Below are positions 50,976 to 61,849 of a stretch of 64,000 nt of DNA, in pieces. Positions within the stretch are counted from its first letter, which is position 1. Every line of letters starts with the position of its first letter. The notes below the pieces were generated by a model that saw only the letters and a program-made list of their open reading frames with translations, was not told the DNA's origin and ran no database searches. The stretch comes from Octopus sinensis (taxonomy: Eukaryota). Location of the stretch: positions 13,528 through 77,527 of the forward strand of contig NW_021833266.1 in NCBI RefSeq assembly GCF_006345805.1, read 5' to 3'. A program made the position numbers and the translations under genes.

Positions 50976-51378
50976 TTCTTAATTAGATCAATTTAAAATA
51001 GAATTTACATAATGAAGTCATAGTCCATACATTTACATAAAATTAATCCAACAATTAAAAAGTTTCAGTGATGTATCACTTCTATTATTTACAAAATTGC
51101 AATTACTCAGCAATTTGTTGGTACTCTGACTTGAAATGATCTAACCTAAAATTGATTATCTAGACGGCCTTTTCAAAGTACAGATTCTCCTCTAGAATTA
51201 GCAAACAAGCTGAGGAACTGATGTTCTTACAAGTAATTAGAACATGTCATTAAATGTCGTATAAACTTAATAACGCATTCTAGTGGGGATTCTGAACAAT
51301 ATACTGAAAAAATGGAACGTCTCACAATGTTTAATTATTAGAGAGATTTATTATAGCGAGTAAGAAAATTAAACAAAG

Positions 51379-51450
51379 GCCTACGTAGTTTAGCGGTTAG
51401 AATTCCTCGTTGTGGCCGAGGGGATCCGGGTTCGACTCCCGGCGTAGGCA
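51379..51450 (+). tRNA. tRNA-His(GTG)
   Basis: GCCTACG/CGTAGGC acceptor, anticodon loop TTGTGGC, T-loop TTCGACT; T6 terminator follows. Confidence 0.96.
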
Positions 51451-51551
51451 TTTTTTATATGTATCAAATTTGTATCAAAATTATTTTTACATTTAAAGAC
51501 TAAGTAAGGTTGGCAGACAATGTAATAATACCAGTTTTTTTTGGAAAAAAT

Positions 51552-51845
51552 TAAATGCTAGCTAGGGTAGGTGGCTGAAAGAGTATTCAAGAGCCTATAG
51601 ATCAGCTCAACTACGCCGCACTTCGTATTGACAGGCAGTCTCGCGGAGCACGAGGAGAGAGATTCGACGATAGAACCAATATAAAATAGTATTGGTTTTC
51701 ATTATAATAAATGATCTACTGTAATCCGAGTCGATACAAACTTCTCGACTGATAATGCTATCGAATAACAAGCCAGACATATTTGTTCATGACAATCGAG
51801 CAACACAATTACTCTTCTTGAATTAGTGGAGGTCACAAATGAAAC
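51552..51845 (+). mobile_element. Conserved motif copy C fused to an RLE scrap (heavily deleted retroelement)
   Basis: ctagctagggtaggtggctgaaagag..ggcagtctcgcggagcacg..gagattcg, then NNKPDIFVHDN. Confidence 0.7.
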
Positions 51846-52204
51846 ACCCAAATGAAATCATTAATTAATAGTCAAATTATAATATATCTATCTCCTTTTT
51901 ATCTTGTAAAGCAGTTTAAATTCGTTGGAGAAAAATTTAATACAAAATTATTGGATGAAAATTCATCATCATCTAAGTTTTCTAGCATCTTTTATACAAA
52001 ATTTACCTGAAACATCTGAAATTTTTTTAAATATGTATACAAATGCAAACAAACAAGTTATAAATTACCTACAGTTAATTGTAATGGTCTTACGAAACGC
52101 TCGGCCACCCTCGCAAATAGCAAAGATATTCCCAGATATTTTCTACATTCAAATCCTCAGATAATATGTATAAAAATCATACAAACTCTCACTTTCTTTA
52201 AAAT

Positions 52205-52393
52205 TTAAAAAAATTGAAAAACTTTATACTCATGAATGACTGTGTTTTTGTCGGGAACTCCTCCCAGTTTTTTAAATTGTGTTTCGTTTATTATAGAATG
52301 AATAGTTGTGTTATACATAAAAGTGCTTCGTTTAATAAATTGAATCCAGTTTTTAATTGAGTCTTCACTCATCAGCTCAGAAAGCGTCGTCAA
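52205..52393 (-). mobile_element. Integrase C-terminal remnant
   Basis: FMYNTTIHSIINET (YN...HS motif that follows the rve core). Confidence 0.4.
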
Positions 52394-53140
52394 GTGGATT
52401 GAAGTTGAATTGTTTTCTCTATACCCATGTCAAAACGCAGACATTAGAATTTCATCTCAATACAATCATCGAGCATCTCTTCCAAAACTCTTGAAACCGC
52501 CAAAAGATAAAAATCGGCCTGTAAGAAGTTGGCTCTTTTGCTGGCTTTCCTGCCTTCCAAATCGGTATTATGTGACATCTCTTCAAATTTCAGGAAACAA
52601 TTCGTGTTTATCGACGCGTTGAAGATCAGGGCTAGCGTCTCCAGCACCAGAGGACCCAGGGGATATAGAATCTGGTCCTCTGGCTCCCGACTTCCGCGTC
52701 CTGACTATCGTCCGACGAACATCTTCAGAAGCAAATAAGATCCAGTTTATGGGTGGTACTGGTTTAATTTTCTTTAATAGATCTTTGAATTGATTCAAAT
52801 ATTTAATTTTAACAAAAAGGCATATTTATCGACAATTCTTTGGCAAGATAATAAGTTTTTGTTATCCTTATAGAGCAATATTCGCACTTTTTATTCGATA
52901 GAGCAATATTCGCATTTAAAACATTAAAATCACAACGAATAATTGTAGAAAAATATTGTTTTAATTTCAACAATTTTTTTTAAAACTTAAAAAATAATTG
53001 ACAATTTCGGAATTCCAAATTTCCACAAAATTTAAAAAATTCCTTTAAAAATTAGCAAATCAGAGAATCGCCAAAAATATGACGAAAATTCATAAGAAAT
53101 TAATGACGTAAAAGGTTATCATTAGAAATGTTAAAAATTC

Positions 53141-53518
53141 CTATTTGAACATTTTTTCGGCAGGAGTGGCATTATCAGGTGCTGTGGCCACTTTGAGGAA
53201 CGCGATCAAATCATCACGGTCTTCCTTCTTCTTTAAGCCAGCAAACACCATTTTTGTCCCCGGAATATAAGCCTTTGGATTAGTCAAATAGACATCCAGT
53301 GTGTCTTCTCTCCCAAATATAGCTTAATTAATAATCAATGAATTCTCACGTTTAGATTTGTTGGCAGCTGTGTAGGTGTAATTTGGGGACTGGCCTGGTC
53401 CTCTACCGAAGATACCGGAAAGATTTGGCCCGGTTTTGTTTTTACCCGTGGAATGAGTCGTATGGCACTGAGAACAGCTTTTGACAAAAAGAGCTCTGCC
53501 TTTTACTGGGTCACCCAT
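53141..53518 (-). CDS. CYC: Cytochrome c, 2 exons
   Basis: [33 protein letters not shown]|..[32 protein letters not shown] plus a C-terminal extension. Confidence 0.96.
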
Positions 53519-53821
53519 TCTTTCAAACTTTATAACTGAAAAGGTCACACTACACACGCTACTATTTAAATAATATATTATTAAAAAATATATAATGAGG
53601 AATAAAATTCAAAATAAAAAAATATATTCTAGATATACAAATACATATTAAATTATACTTTAGTCGCGGTGATTTTTGTTATTTTTAAAATTATAATAAA
53701 TCTTTTAGTGTATATTTATGATTATATTATTAATTGAAATTTATTTTATTAATAATTAACAAATGTGGATAATCAAATAAATAATACATTTTCATAATGT
53801 TGTTTATGTTTGTTAATCACA

Positions 53822-54988
53822 ATGGCGGAAATTGATATCAACATCGCCCAAATATGTGCTATTACTGGTGAATAACCATCTTATCTTTACCCAAAATAGG
53901 CCTAGACCCACAAAGAGCCATAGAAGCCTTACAACTAGCAGACGGGGACATTGAATTAGCAATTCAAATGCACTTTGATGGCACATTAATGCACGAATCA
54001 GCCTTAAATCAGACCGAAAGTCCACCAAATGACCCTCCCAGTCCATACCCTAATTCATCATCTTCTCAGTATTTAATAAAACTTAATTTCCTCAGAATCT
54101 CTGAGTCGTTACCTCAACATGTTCCTCTTTCAGAAATGTATGACCCTGCCTATGAGAATGAGATACGAAAAGACATCGAAGACCGACTTATGTTCAAGCC
54201 CGACCCCCAAATCCTTTTTTCTGGAACCTTAGCCGAAGTATTACCTCCCAATCAAATCTCAGCTTAGAATTGCTGCCAAGGAAAAGAATTGCTGGATTCT
54301 AATAAATATTCAAAATTGTAATTTTTTTGAATGTCATTCTCTAAATCGAGACTTATGGAATAATCCTCTGGTCAAGAATATCATCAACAGTCATTTTATG
54401 TTGTTTCAAGTATAATATATATATTATGAAGACATATCATCAATTGAGTTGTGGGAATGAGTTGGACAGTTCGTATAATAGTGAGAGGGTGTATCCTTTC
54501 CTTGCTATAATTGATCCCCGAACACGTGAGATGGTCAGGAGGTTGAGGCAAACGAGTTGTGAAGATGTTGTTTCTGTTTTATATGACTTTATTGAACAAT
54601 ATCCGAAGCCTGGCTGTGTTTGTAGGCCATCGGATATAAAGCAGTCATATATGGAGAGGATTGGAGAGATGTCAGAGGAAGAAGGTTAGATTTGAGTGTT
54701 GTGTATTGTTTTTAGATGTAGCTGACAATGTGGGGACGTATAAAGTCATATTTCTGGATATGAATGAGTATTTGTTGACTGTGAATTACGGGACGACTGT
54801 GAGGGTTGAGTTGTTGGGTGAATTGGTAGAAATTGCTCAGGAAGATATGTAATTTGGGAGTCAATATTGATGGGTATAAAGTTATGAGTGGAGTCCCTGC
54901 TTTTGATTTGACTGAGATGGACTATAATGCTACGTTGAAGGATGTTGGTCTTCAGAGAAGGCATAAATTGTTTATTCAGAAACGTTGA
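53822..54988 (+). CDS. UBXN7: UBX domain protein 7 (UBA-like, UAS, UBX)
   Basis: ICAIT|GLD..LQLADGDIELAIQMHF; LMFKPD..WILINIQN..CHSLNRDLWNN.LVKNII..FMLFQ; YPFLAIIDPRT; ATLKDVGL. Divergent from cytochrome c across ~300 bp. Confidence 0.88.
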
Positions 54989-55859
54989 TATTTTTTTGTT
55001 GATATTTGTAATTGGGAATTAGATAGAGTATAGTAGGTGTGATATGTATATTGATGTTATGTAATATTTTGTGGAACGAGTATTCATTTTAGTGTTAATT
55101 GAATTATTTATTTTTAATTCAATTGATTTGTAAGATTAAAAACTCAATATTTTTTGACTATTTATAGATTTAATTGATGTAATTCATATCATAAAAAATT
55201 GTAAATGTAATTCATCCGATGTAATTCATCCGGTGCCGCAGTGATAACACTAATTACGGCGTCACTCGTCAATCCGGGTGCATATTGGATGGATGGAACC
55301 CTCGTAATTCATATAAAAGAGTTTTAAAATATTTTTTTTGTAATTTTTTAAAAAATGAAATTAAGAATTATTAAAATTTTTTATTAAAAACCATAAAAAT
55401 GGTATAAGGTAAATTACAGAATTAATGATATTATTTTTGACTCAAAAACTCACTGGGCTCTTCCACTGCTGAACAAGAAAGATCATTTTGCCATGTTGCC
55501 TGGATATTTTAGTAACATGTACATCAGTATGCTTCAAGAGAATGAAATCATTTGTTGATGACATATTGTTAGCATTTCGGATTGGTGATATATTCTATCT
55601 ATTTTGTTGTTAAACATCATATTTTCATGACGTAACTTTAGCGGAGGGCCTGTTTCATCAATCAAACTATAAGTTTATGTAAATAGGAAAAAAACTGGTT
55701 TTGCAGTCACTAAGTTTTTTTAACGTATAGCTATTAATTTTCGAAATGAAATAAAGAGTTTGAAATTGATTATATGTGTAATTTTTTTTACTTTTAAAAA
55801 ATTTCAATAATCGGCGAAATTAAAAAAATTTGAATTTTAGCATGTGAATAAAAAGCCGG

Positions 55860-56000
55860 TTTAACAAAAAGAGTTAACAAAATCAACAGTATGTATGTTG
55901 TGTGGTATCCTCGATTAATAAATAGCTCGTATGACCTTTTAGGCATACTATCAATTAATTTCCGAATATTTTCAGATGGCAATTCGTTCCAAATTTTCAT
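55860..56000 (-). mobile_element. Tc1 transposase C-terminal scrap
   Basis: KIWNELPSENIRKLIDSMPKR..RGYHTTY. Confidence 0.7.
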
Positions 56001-56004
56001 TAAT

Positions 56005-59000
56005 TTGACTTGAGATCAAGTTTATTTTTTGCAGGATTTAATGAATACTTTTGCTTCATTATGCTCCAAACATGTTCCATTTGGTTCATGTATAACTCTT
56101 TCATGAAGCCAGTCAAAATTCCTGTAGTGTTCTAATAGTTCAGAATATACTGAACTGAATAATTCTGCTGTATTCACATATATACATAATTCCTCCGTTA
56201 GCCTAATTTTCTGATCTTTTAAATCTGAAATAATTGCCTCATTTCCAATATCTACAAGGATCTTTAGAAATATGCTATCGACCCCTTGTAAATGTGCACA
56301 TACATTTACATCTAAGCTTACTTTTTGACATATGTCCACAACTATGAAGATTTGAAGGAGGCATTCAAATCATCAGCAGGCGTCCCTCTTGGATTAATTG
56401 GCAGAGTTTGTCTAAAAGCACCTGCTAATACAACTATTGCTCTCCCAAACAACAGTTTTTCACAATTTTTGGTATCTCTATATGTTCTGTCGCTGCTTCA
56501 AATGCGCCCTTATGAGCCATTGTGGATTCAACCCAAACGATTAACTTAGAATTCATAACTCTATGACCCGCAACTAAATTTTTTTCACAGTATTGTAAGA
56601 AGGATTTAACGGAATGTTGAATGTGCTGTTCGTCCGCCATCTAAAAGAGTTAAAGGAATTCCAGAGGATGCTACTGCTAGTGCTATTTAATTGTCGCTTC
56701 TAACCTTCGCTAAAAATAAATTTAGAAGATAAGTCTTACCTGTACCACCCAGTGCATCAATAAAAATAATAGAACCATTTTCTTATTGGATGACTAGGTT
56801 AATTTCTCTGTATATTTTCAACTGATCAGCTAATAATCTATGTTCTCTTTCCTCCACAATTGTTCGGAGTTCTTCTAAATTATAATGTTCATCTAAAGTA
56901 TTTATATTATGAATATCGCGGATTTTAAAACCAAATTCACTTAAACTCTTACCTACGACAGATATTAACAATCTGTCTATCATGATTAATCCAATGTTGA
57001 AAATCTCTTCATCAAAACTGGATCTATTCTTCTCTTTTAATATATCTTCGCACATAATTTCTCGATGACCTTCCCATAATTGCTTAGGATTTACCTTAGT
57101 CGCGATGGAGAATCTGCAATCGCGGCTTCTGTTAAAGTCTGATTCCAGTGATGGTCATTCTCTAAAAGACTTAATTTAAAACAGGCTTCTCTGTATGTTT
57201 CGCAGAGTATACTATTAACAGTCCGGTGACCAGTAAATAATTCTGGCCCCCAATTTTGTGAAAAAGTAACCTAACAAAATAACATTCAAAATTATTCGGA
57301 TGCACGGTATATACTCTACCGGGTAGGGTAGAGTCTACCCAATGCTTCCGTACTTACAATATTGTTATGCCCGTTTACTGGCTCTCCTCTTATCCTTCTT
57401 TATGTTTCTTTCTGGCCACATCCCACGTATAATATCTAGGAACATCTGTCCGACATAATTCGAAGTAGGCCATATTCGTTAAATTTCTTGGATTCATAAC
57501 TTGATTACGGGTAGTTTCTTCTGTAAAATATATCCTTTGCCTATTTTCCAAGTGCACCCCTAAATGCATTACTAATGGATATCTTTCATAAATCGGATAT
57601 CCAAAAATTCTCCATTTTCCTTTATTACTGCAGATAAATCGTCTATGCTGGAAAAAACTTGGCTCGTCATGTTGCTCAATTGTAAAAATTGCTTGATCCG
57701 ACCCTTTATTAATGTATTTACATACACATTTAATGGATCTAATAGAATTACAAAATCCAACATTAATATGTGCATCAAAAATATTACTTAACAGTGGATT
57801 ATAAGGCACCACCTACTTGTTGTCAACTGTTGTTTCATTTTCTTTTCCTTCTTGGAGAGTTACAGTAAATCCTTCTTCAGCTGCGCCCCTTCTCTGGTAA
57901 AGCAAAAATCCATTTTCACCAGTTTGCGTATTATATATTAAGTTTTTAGGGTACCCCTTTGAACAATTACAATCTTTCATACACGGTGATGATCTGTTAT
58001 ACATGCCACATAGACCATGATCATATTTCTTTTAATGATCTCGTATAATTCTCTATCTTCACTTGGATTTAGAAATTCTGCCCGTATGCAATCGTCTATT
58101 TCTGTAGCTCTAATTTTAGTTACTAACCATAACAATATGTGTATATGCGGCAAACCTCTTTTTTGCCACTCTACTGTATACATGAGGCATCTTGTATTTC
58201 CAAATATCTGTCCCTTAGCGAGAAGATTTATAATGTTATCGACTTTCTGTTTAAAAGCTTTTGCCCTATAAATATGTTATCACTAATTTCTGGCCATTTT
58301 GGATTACATGTAAAAGTGATAAACAAATCTGGTGTTCCGTAATTTCATTGCATCTTGTGTGCATTCATGCATATATCTTGGTCCTCCTGTGAATCACGAC
58401 GGCAAAATAACCATTTGACCTACATCAGTTAAATTACCATAATTAATTATTCCATCTCTTAGATGTATATACTCTTCTGCTTGGAGTTTTTCCTGATTTA
58501 AACGAATATAGAGAAGTCTCCCTGCCTCTATCGTTGCATACATATCTACAATAAACTGATTAAATAAATGTCCTGTCCGATTAATCATGTTGAAATCTTG
58601 CTCTCGTATCATTCACCTATAAGAATAAAATTCCATACAACTGATTTTTTTAGTTGCTTTTGAATCAGTTAATGGATTAATATGCATTATCCTGATATTA
58701 TACCCATCCTCTCCTCTGGGAAATATTAATATGTACTGAAGAGCATCGTATGATCGATGCGTTTTTGAAATTCTCATTGATTTAGTGGATATTTTGTTTA
58801 TGATATTGTCTCTTGTGTCATATTGTTGTCCTACTATTAAAATTCCTACCTGGTTTGATGTTGGTGCGTTGTATCGACGCTCATGTTCATTTGCAGGTGT
58901 TCTATCAACATGTATAACCACTTTATAATCGCTCTCGTTTTTATCGAGGATATTCTCGATATGCAAGATTTTTGCCTGAGAGGTATTAATGGACCTCATC

Positions 59001-59030
59001 ATGAGTGTTGAGGACATTCAAGTTGTTCTT
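56005..59030 (-). mobile_element. Helitron Rep/helicase, degenerate, ends missing
   Basis: RSYDALQY..PRGEDG; FNQFIVDMY; GTPDLFITFTCNP; VEWQKRGLPHIHILLW (HUH); MVPYNPLL..AHINV; Walker A GGTGKTY; many stops and indels. Confidence 0.95.
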
Positions 59031-59044
59031 CTACATAGCTAAAC

Positions 59045-60499
59045 TAATGATTTTTTTCATTTTTGATTGATTTTTATTTAGCTTTTAAGTTGTTTTTAAT
59101 TCAATGATTCTTTCATTGAGTATTATTTTAGTTATTTTTTTCTAAAGATAACATTTACAGAAGAATGTTGCTCTTCAGAATTAAAAAAATTGGTCGAAAC
59201 TTACAGCTTAGCAATGATACATTTTCTCGGAGAATTGTGAGCATATCTGACGATCTTCATTACCAGCTACTCACTGAATCCAAGTTTTTCGGTCACTATT
59301 CTATTGCTTTTGACATCACTAAAGATATCAGTGATACAGAACAAATGGCCGTGTTTATTCGGGATGTCATGCCTGACTTCAAAATTTACGAAGAATTTCT
59401 CTCGTTACGTAGTTTTCATGGTTCTACTAAAAGAGTTGATATATTTCGCGAATTTCGCGATTGTCTTGAAATGGCACATTTGAATCCTTCAAAAATGTTT
59501 TCAATTGCTACAGATGGATGTCCTTCTATGGTTGGATGGAAAACTGGGTTTCAAGGTCTCGTAGCTGGATGGCGAGTAGATGATGAGTTGAGTCCTGTGA
59601 TTTGGCATCACTGCATCCTGCATCAAGAAAATTTAGTCGCGAAATCTATAAAAATGGACCATGTTACAGAAACGGTCATTTCGATCGTAAATTTTATTTG
59701 ATCCAGTGCTTTAAATCACCGGAATTTCAAGATATTTCTCGAGGATGTTGACGCCGAGTATGGAGATTTGCTTATGCATACAACTGTACGATGGTTGAGT
59801 CGGGCAGCATGTCTAAAAAGGTTATATAAATTTAAACTAAATCGCATTTAGATTTTATGACCTTCTCCCGAAGATTATGCATTTTATTGATAATAAGATA
59901 TTTTATCCTCAGCTTACTGATAAGGAGTGGATTGCAGATTTAGCATTTATGGTAGATATTTCTACGCACCTTTCAATTTTGAATACTTCTATGCAGGGTA
60001 AGGGCAAACTATGTCATGAATTGTACGGAATGGTTTCTGAATTTATCGAAAAACTACATATATCAACTAGATTAATTGAAATGCAGGCAGATTTACAACT
60101 TACCGCGCTATTTAAGTCAAGTGAACTATTGGATTTTTGGGGTCGAATTCCACAGTGGAAATATTCGAATTTGGTCGATAATGCTCAAAAAAATGCATCA
60201 GTCTTCGGATCAACGTATACATGTGAAGCTCTTTTCAGCAAACTTACGCAAATAAAAACAAAGTATCGAAATCGATTGACTGATGGACACCTAAATCAAC
60301 TTTTACGCACATCGTGTTCGACTTTTACTCCCTCTTTCGACAAAATAATAAAAGCCAAACAGAATCAAGTCTCGCATTGATTTTTATTACTTAATAAAGC
60401 CTTCTTTTCATTAATAACATAAAATATTTTTTGTGCGGCCCGCAAAGATATTCTTAATTATCGATTTGGCCCATGCGCTAAAAAGGTTGAGAACCCCTG
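59045..60499 (+). mobile_element. Second hAT (GTF2IRD2/SPIN-like) transposon, 5'-truncated
   Basis: SIAFDITKD, ATDGCPSM, HCILHQE, VRWLS, DLAFMVD, GSTYTCEALFS; right TIR GGTTGAGAACCCCTG followed by CTCTAAAC. Confidence 0.9.
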
Positions 60500-60746
60500 C
60501 TCTAAACAATTATTTTAATTTAAATTACAAAATTTATAAAAAAATTTATTATTGCCAATATTTGAGACTGTGTCTATCTTTTTTCAGAAACATAAATTTT
60601 TTTTTAAATCAAGAAAAGTGTCCTAGCTATATTTTCACTGAAAAAAGATTAGAGAGCATGGTCGTGTTGAACTGCAAAAAATGCCCTTTGGGATCGGTCT
60701 CACCTGGACTCATTGTGCAGCCAGCGATTGCTGTAAGGAAGTCGGT

Positions 60747-61467
60747 CTATATGGTTCTCAGGGTGGTCGATAGACCTCACCTGATTCTCCACGACGATAG
60801 TCGTAGAGTGCGATGCAGCTGGTGGTGGACCACCAGGCTATATGGTTCTCAGGGTGGTCGATAGACCTCACCTGATTCTCCACGACGATAGTCGTAGAGT
60901 GCGATGCAGCTGGTGGTGGACCACCAGGCTATATGGTTCTCAGGGTGGTCGATAGACCTCACCTGATTCTCCACGACGATAGTCGTAGAGTGCGATGCAG
61001 CTGGTGGTGGACCACCAGGCTATATGGTTCTCAGGGTGGTCGATAGACCTCACCTGATTCGCCACGACGATAGTCGTAGAGTGCGATGCAGCTGGTGGTG
61101 GACCACCAGGCTATATGGTTCTCAGGGTGGTCGATAGACCTCACCTGATTCTCCACGACGATAGTCGTAGAGTGCGATGCAGCTGGTGGTGGACCACCAG
61201 GCTATATGGTTCTCAGGGTGGTCAAAGACCTCACCTGATTCTCCAAGACGATAGTCGTAGAGTGCGATGCAGCTGTGGTGGACCACCAGGCTATATGGTT
61301 TCAGGTGGTCAAAGACCTCACCTGTTCTCCAGACGATAGTCGTAGAGTGCGATGCAGCTGGTGGTGGACCACCAGGCTATATGGTTCTCAGGGTGGTCAA
61401 AGACCTCACCTGATTCTCCACGACGATAGTCGTAGAGTGCGATGCAGCTGGTAGTGGACCACCAGGC
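60747..61467. repeat. GC-rich tandem array, 8 units of ~91 bp
   Basis: Unit starts at 60747, 60838, 60929, 61020, 61111, 61202, 61291, 61377; no spacers. Confidence 0.98.
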
Positions 61468-61669
61468 ATCGGAGACCTAACAGTACGAGGCCGTCCGCAT
61501 ATATCCCAAAGGACATTTTTAATATGTTAATTACTATATAAAGATCGAAATAACTTATTATATTTATTAATTGTTTTATTATATGTAGTTTAATTATAAA
61601 AAATTAAAAGCATAATTAATTTTCTCAATTTTTTTATATTTAGATAAATGAGAAACATTTTATAAAATT

Positions 61670-61780
61670 ATTATTTTTTTTCATTTTTGATTGATTTTTA
61701 TTTGGCTTTTAAGTTGTTTTTAATTCAATGATTCTTTCTTTGAGTATTATTTTAGTTATTTTTTTCTAAAGATAACATTC
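61670..61780 (+). repeat. About 115-bp AT-rich segment duplicated at 59045-59157
   Basis: ttcatttttgattgatttttattt.gcttttaagttgtttttaattcaatgattctttc.ttgagtattattttagtt..ctaaagataacatt in both. Confidence 0.85.
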
Positions 61781-61849
61781 TATTGCATTTCTCCTCAATA
61801 TAGAAAACGATCTGAAAAAACCCAATTCATTTCTTTTGTCAAAAATACA

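Noticed and set aside
57313-57333. Helitron 3' terminal hairpin (ACTCTACC-GGTAG-GGTAGAGT)
   Set aside because: It lies inside the RepHel region and has no properly placed CTRR end on either strand.
60433-60864. 143-aa ORF
   Set aside because: It runs through the hAT terminus, AT-rich flank and tandem repeat; a chance ORF.
60747-61467. CRISPR array or coding repeat
   Set aside because: Units are contiguous with no unique spacers, there are no cas genes, the context is eukaryotic, and 91 bp is not a multiple of 3.
60747-61467. Canonical hammerhead, HDV or twister ribozyme in the repeat unit
   Set aside because: No CUGANGA plus GAAA core and no HDV-type P3/L3 on either strand by eye; only generic hairpins.
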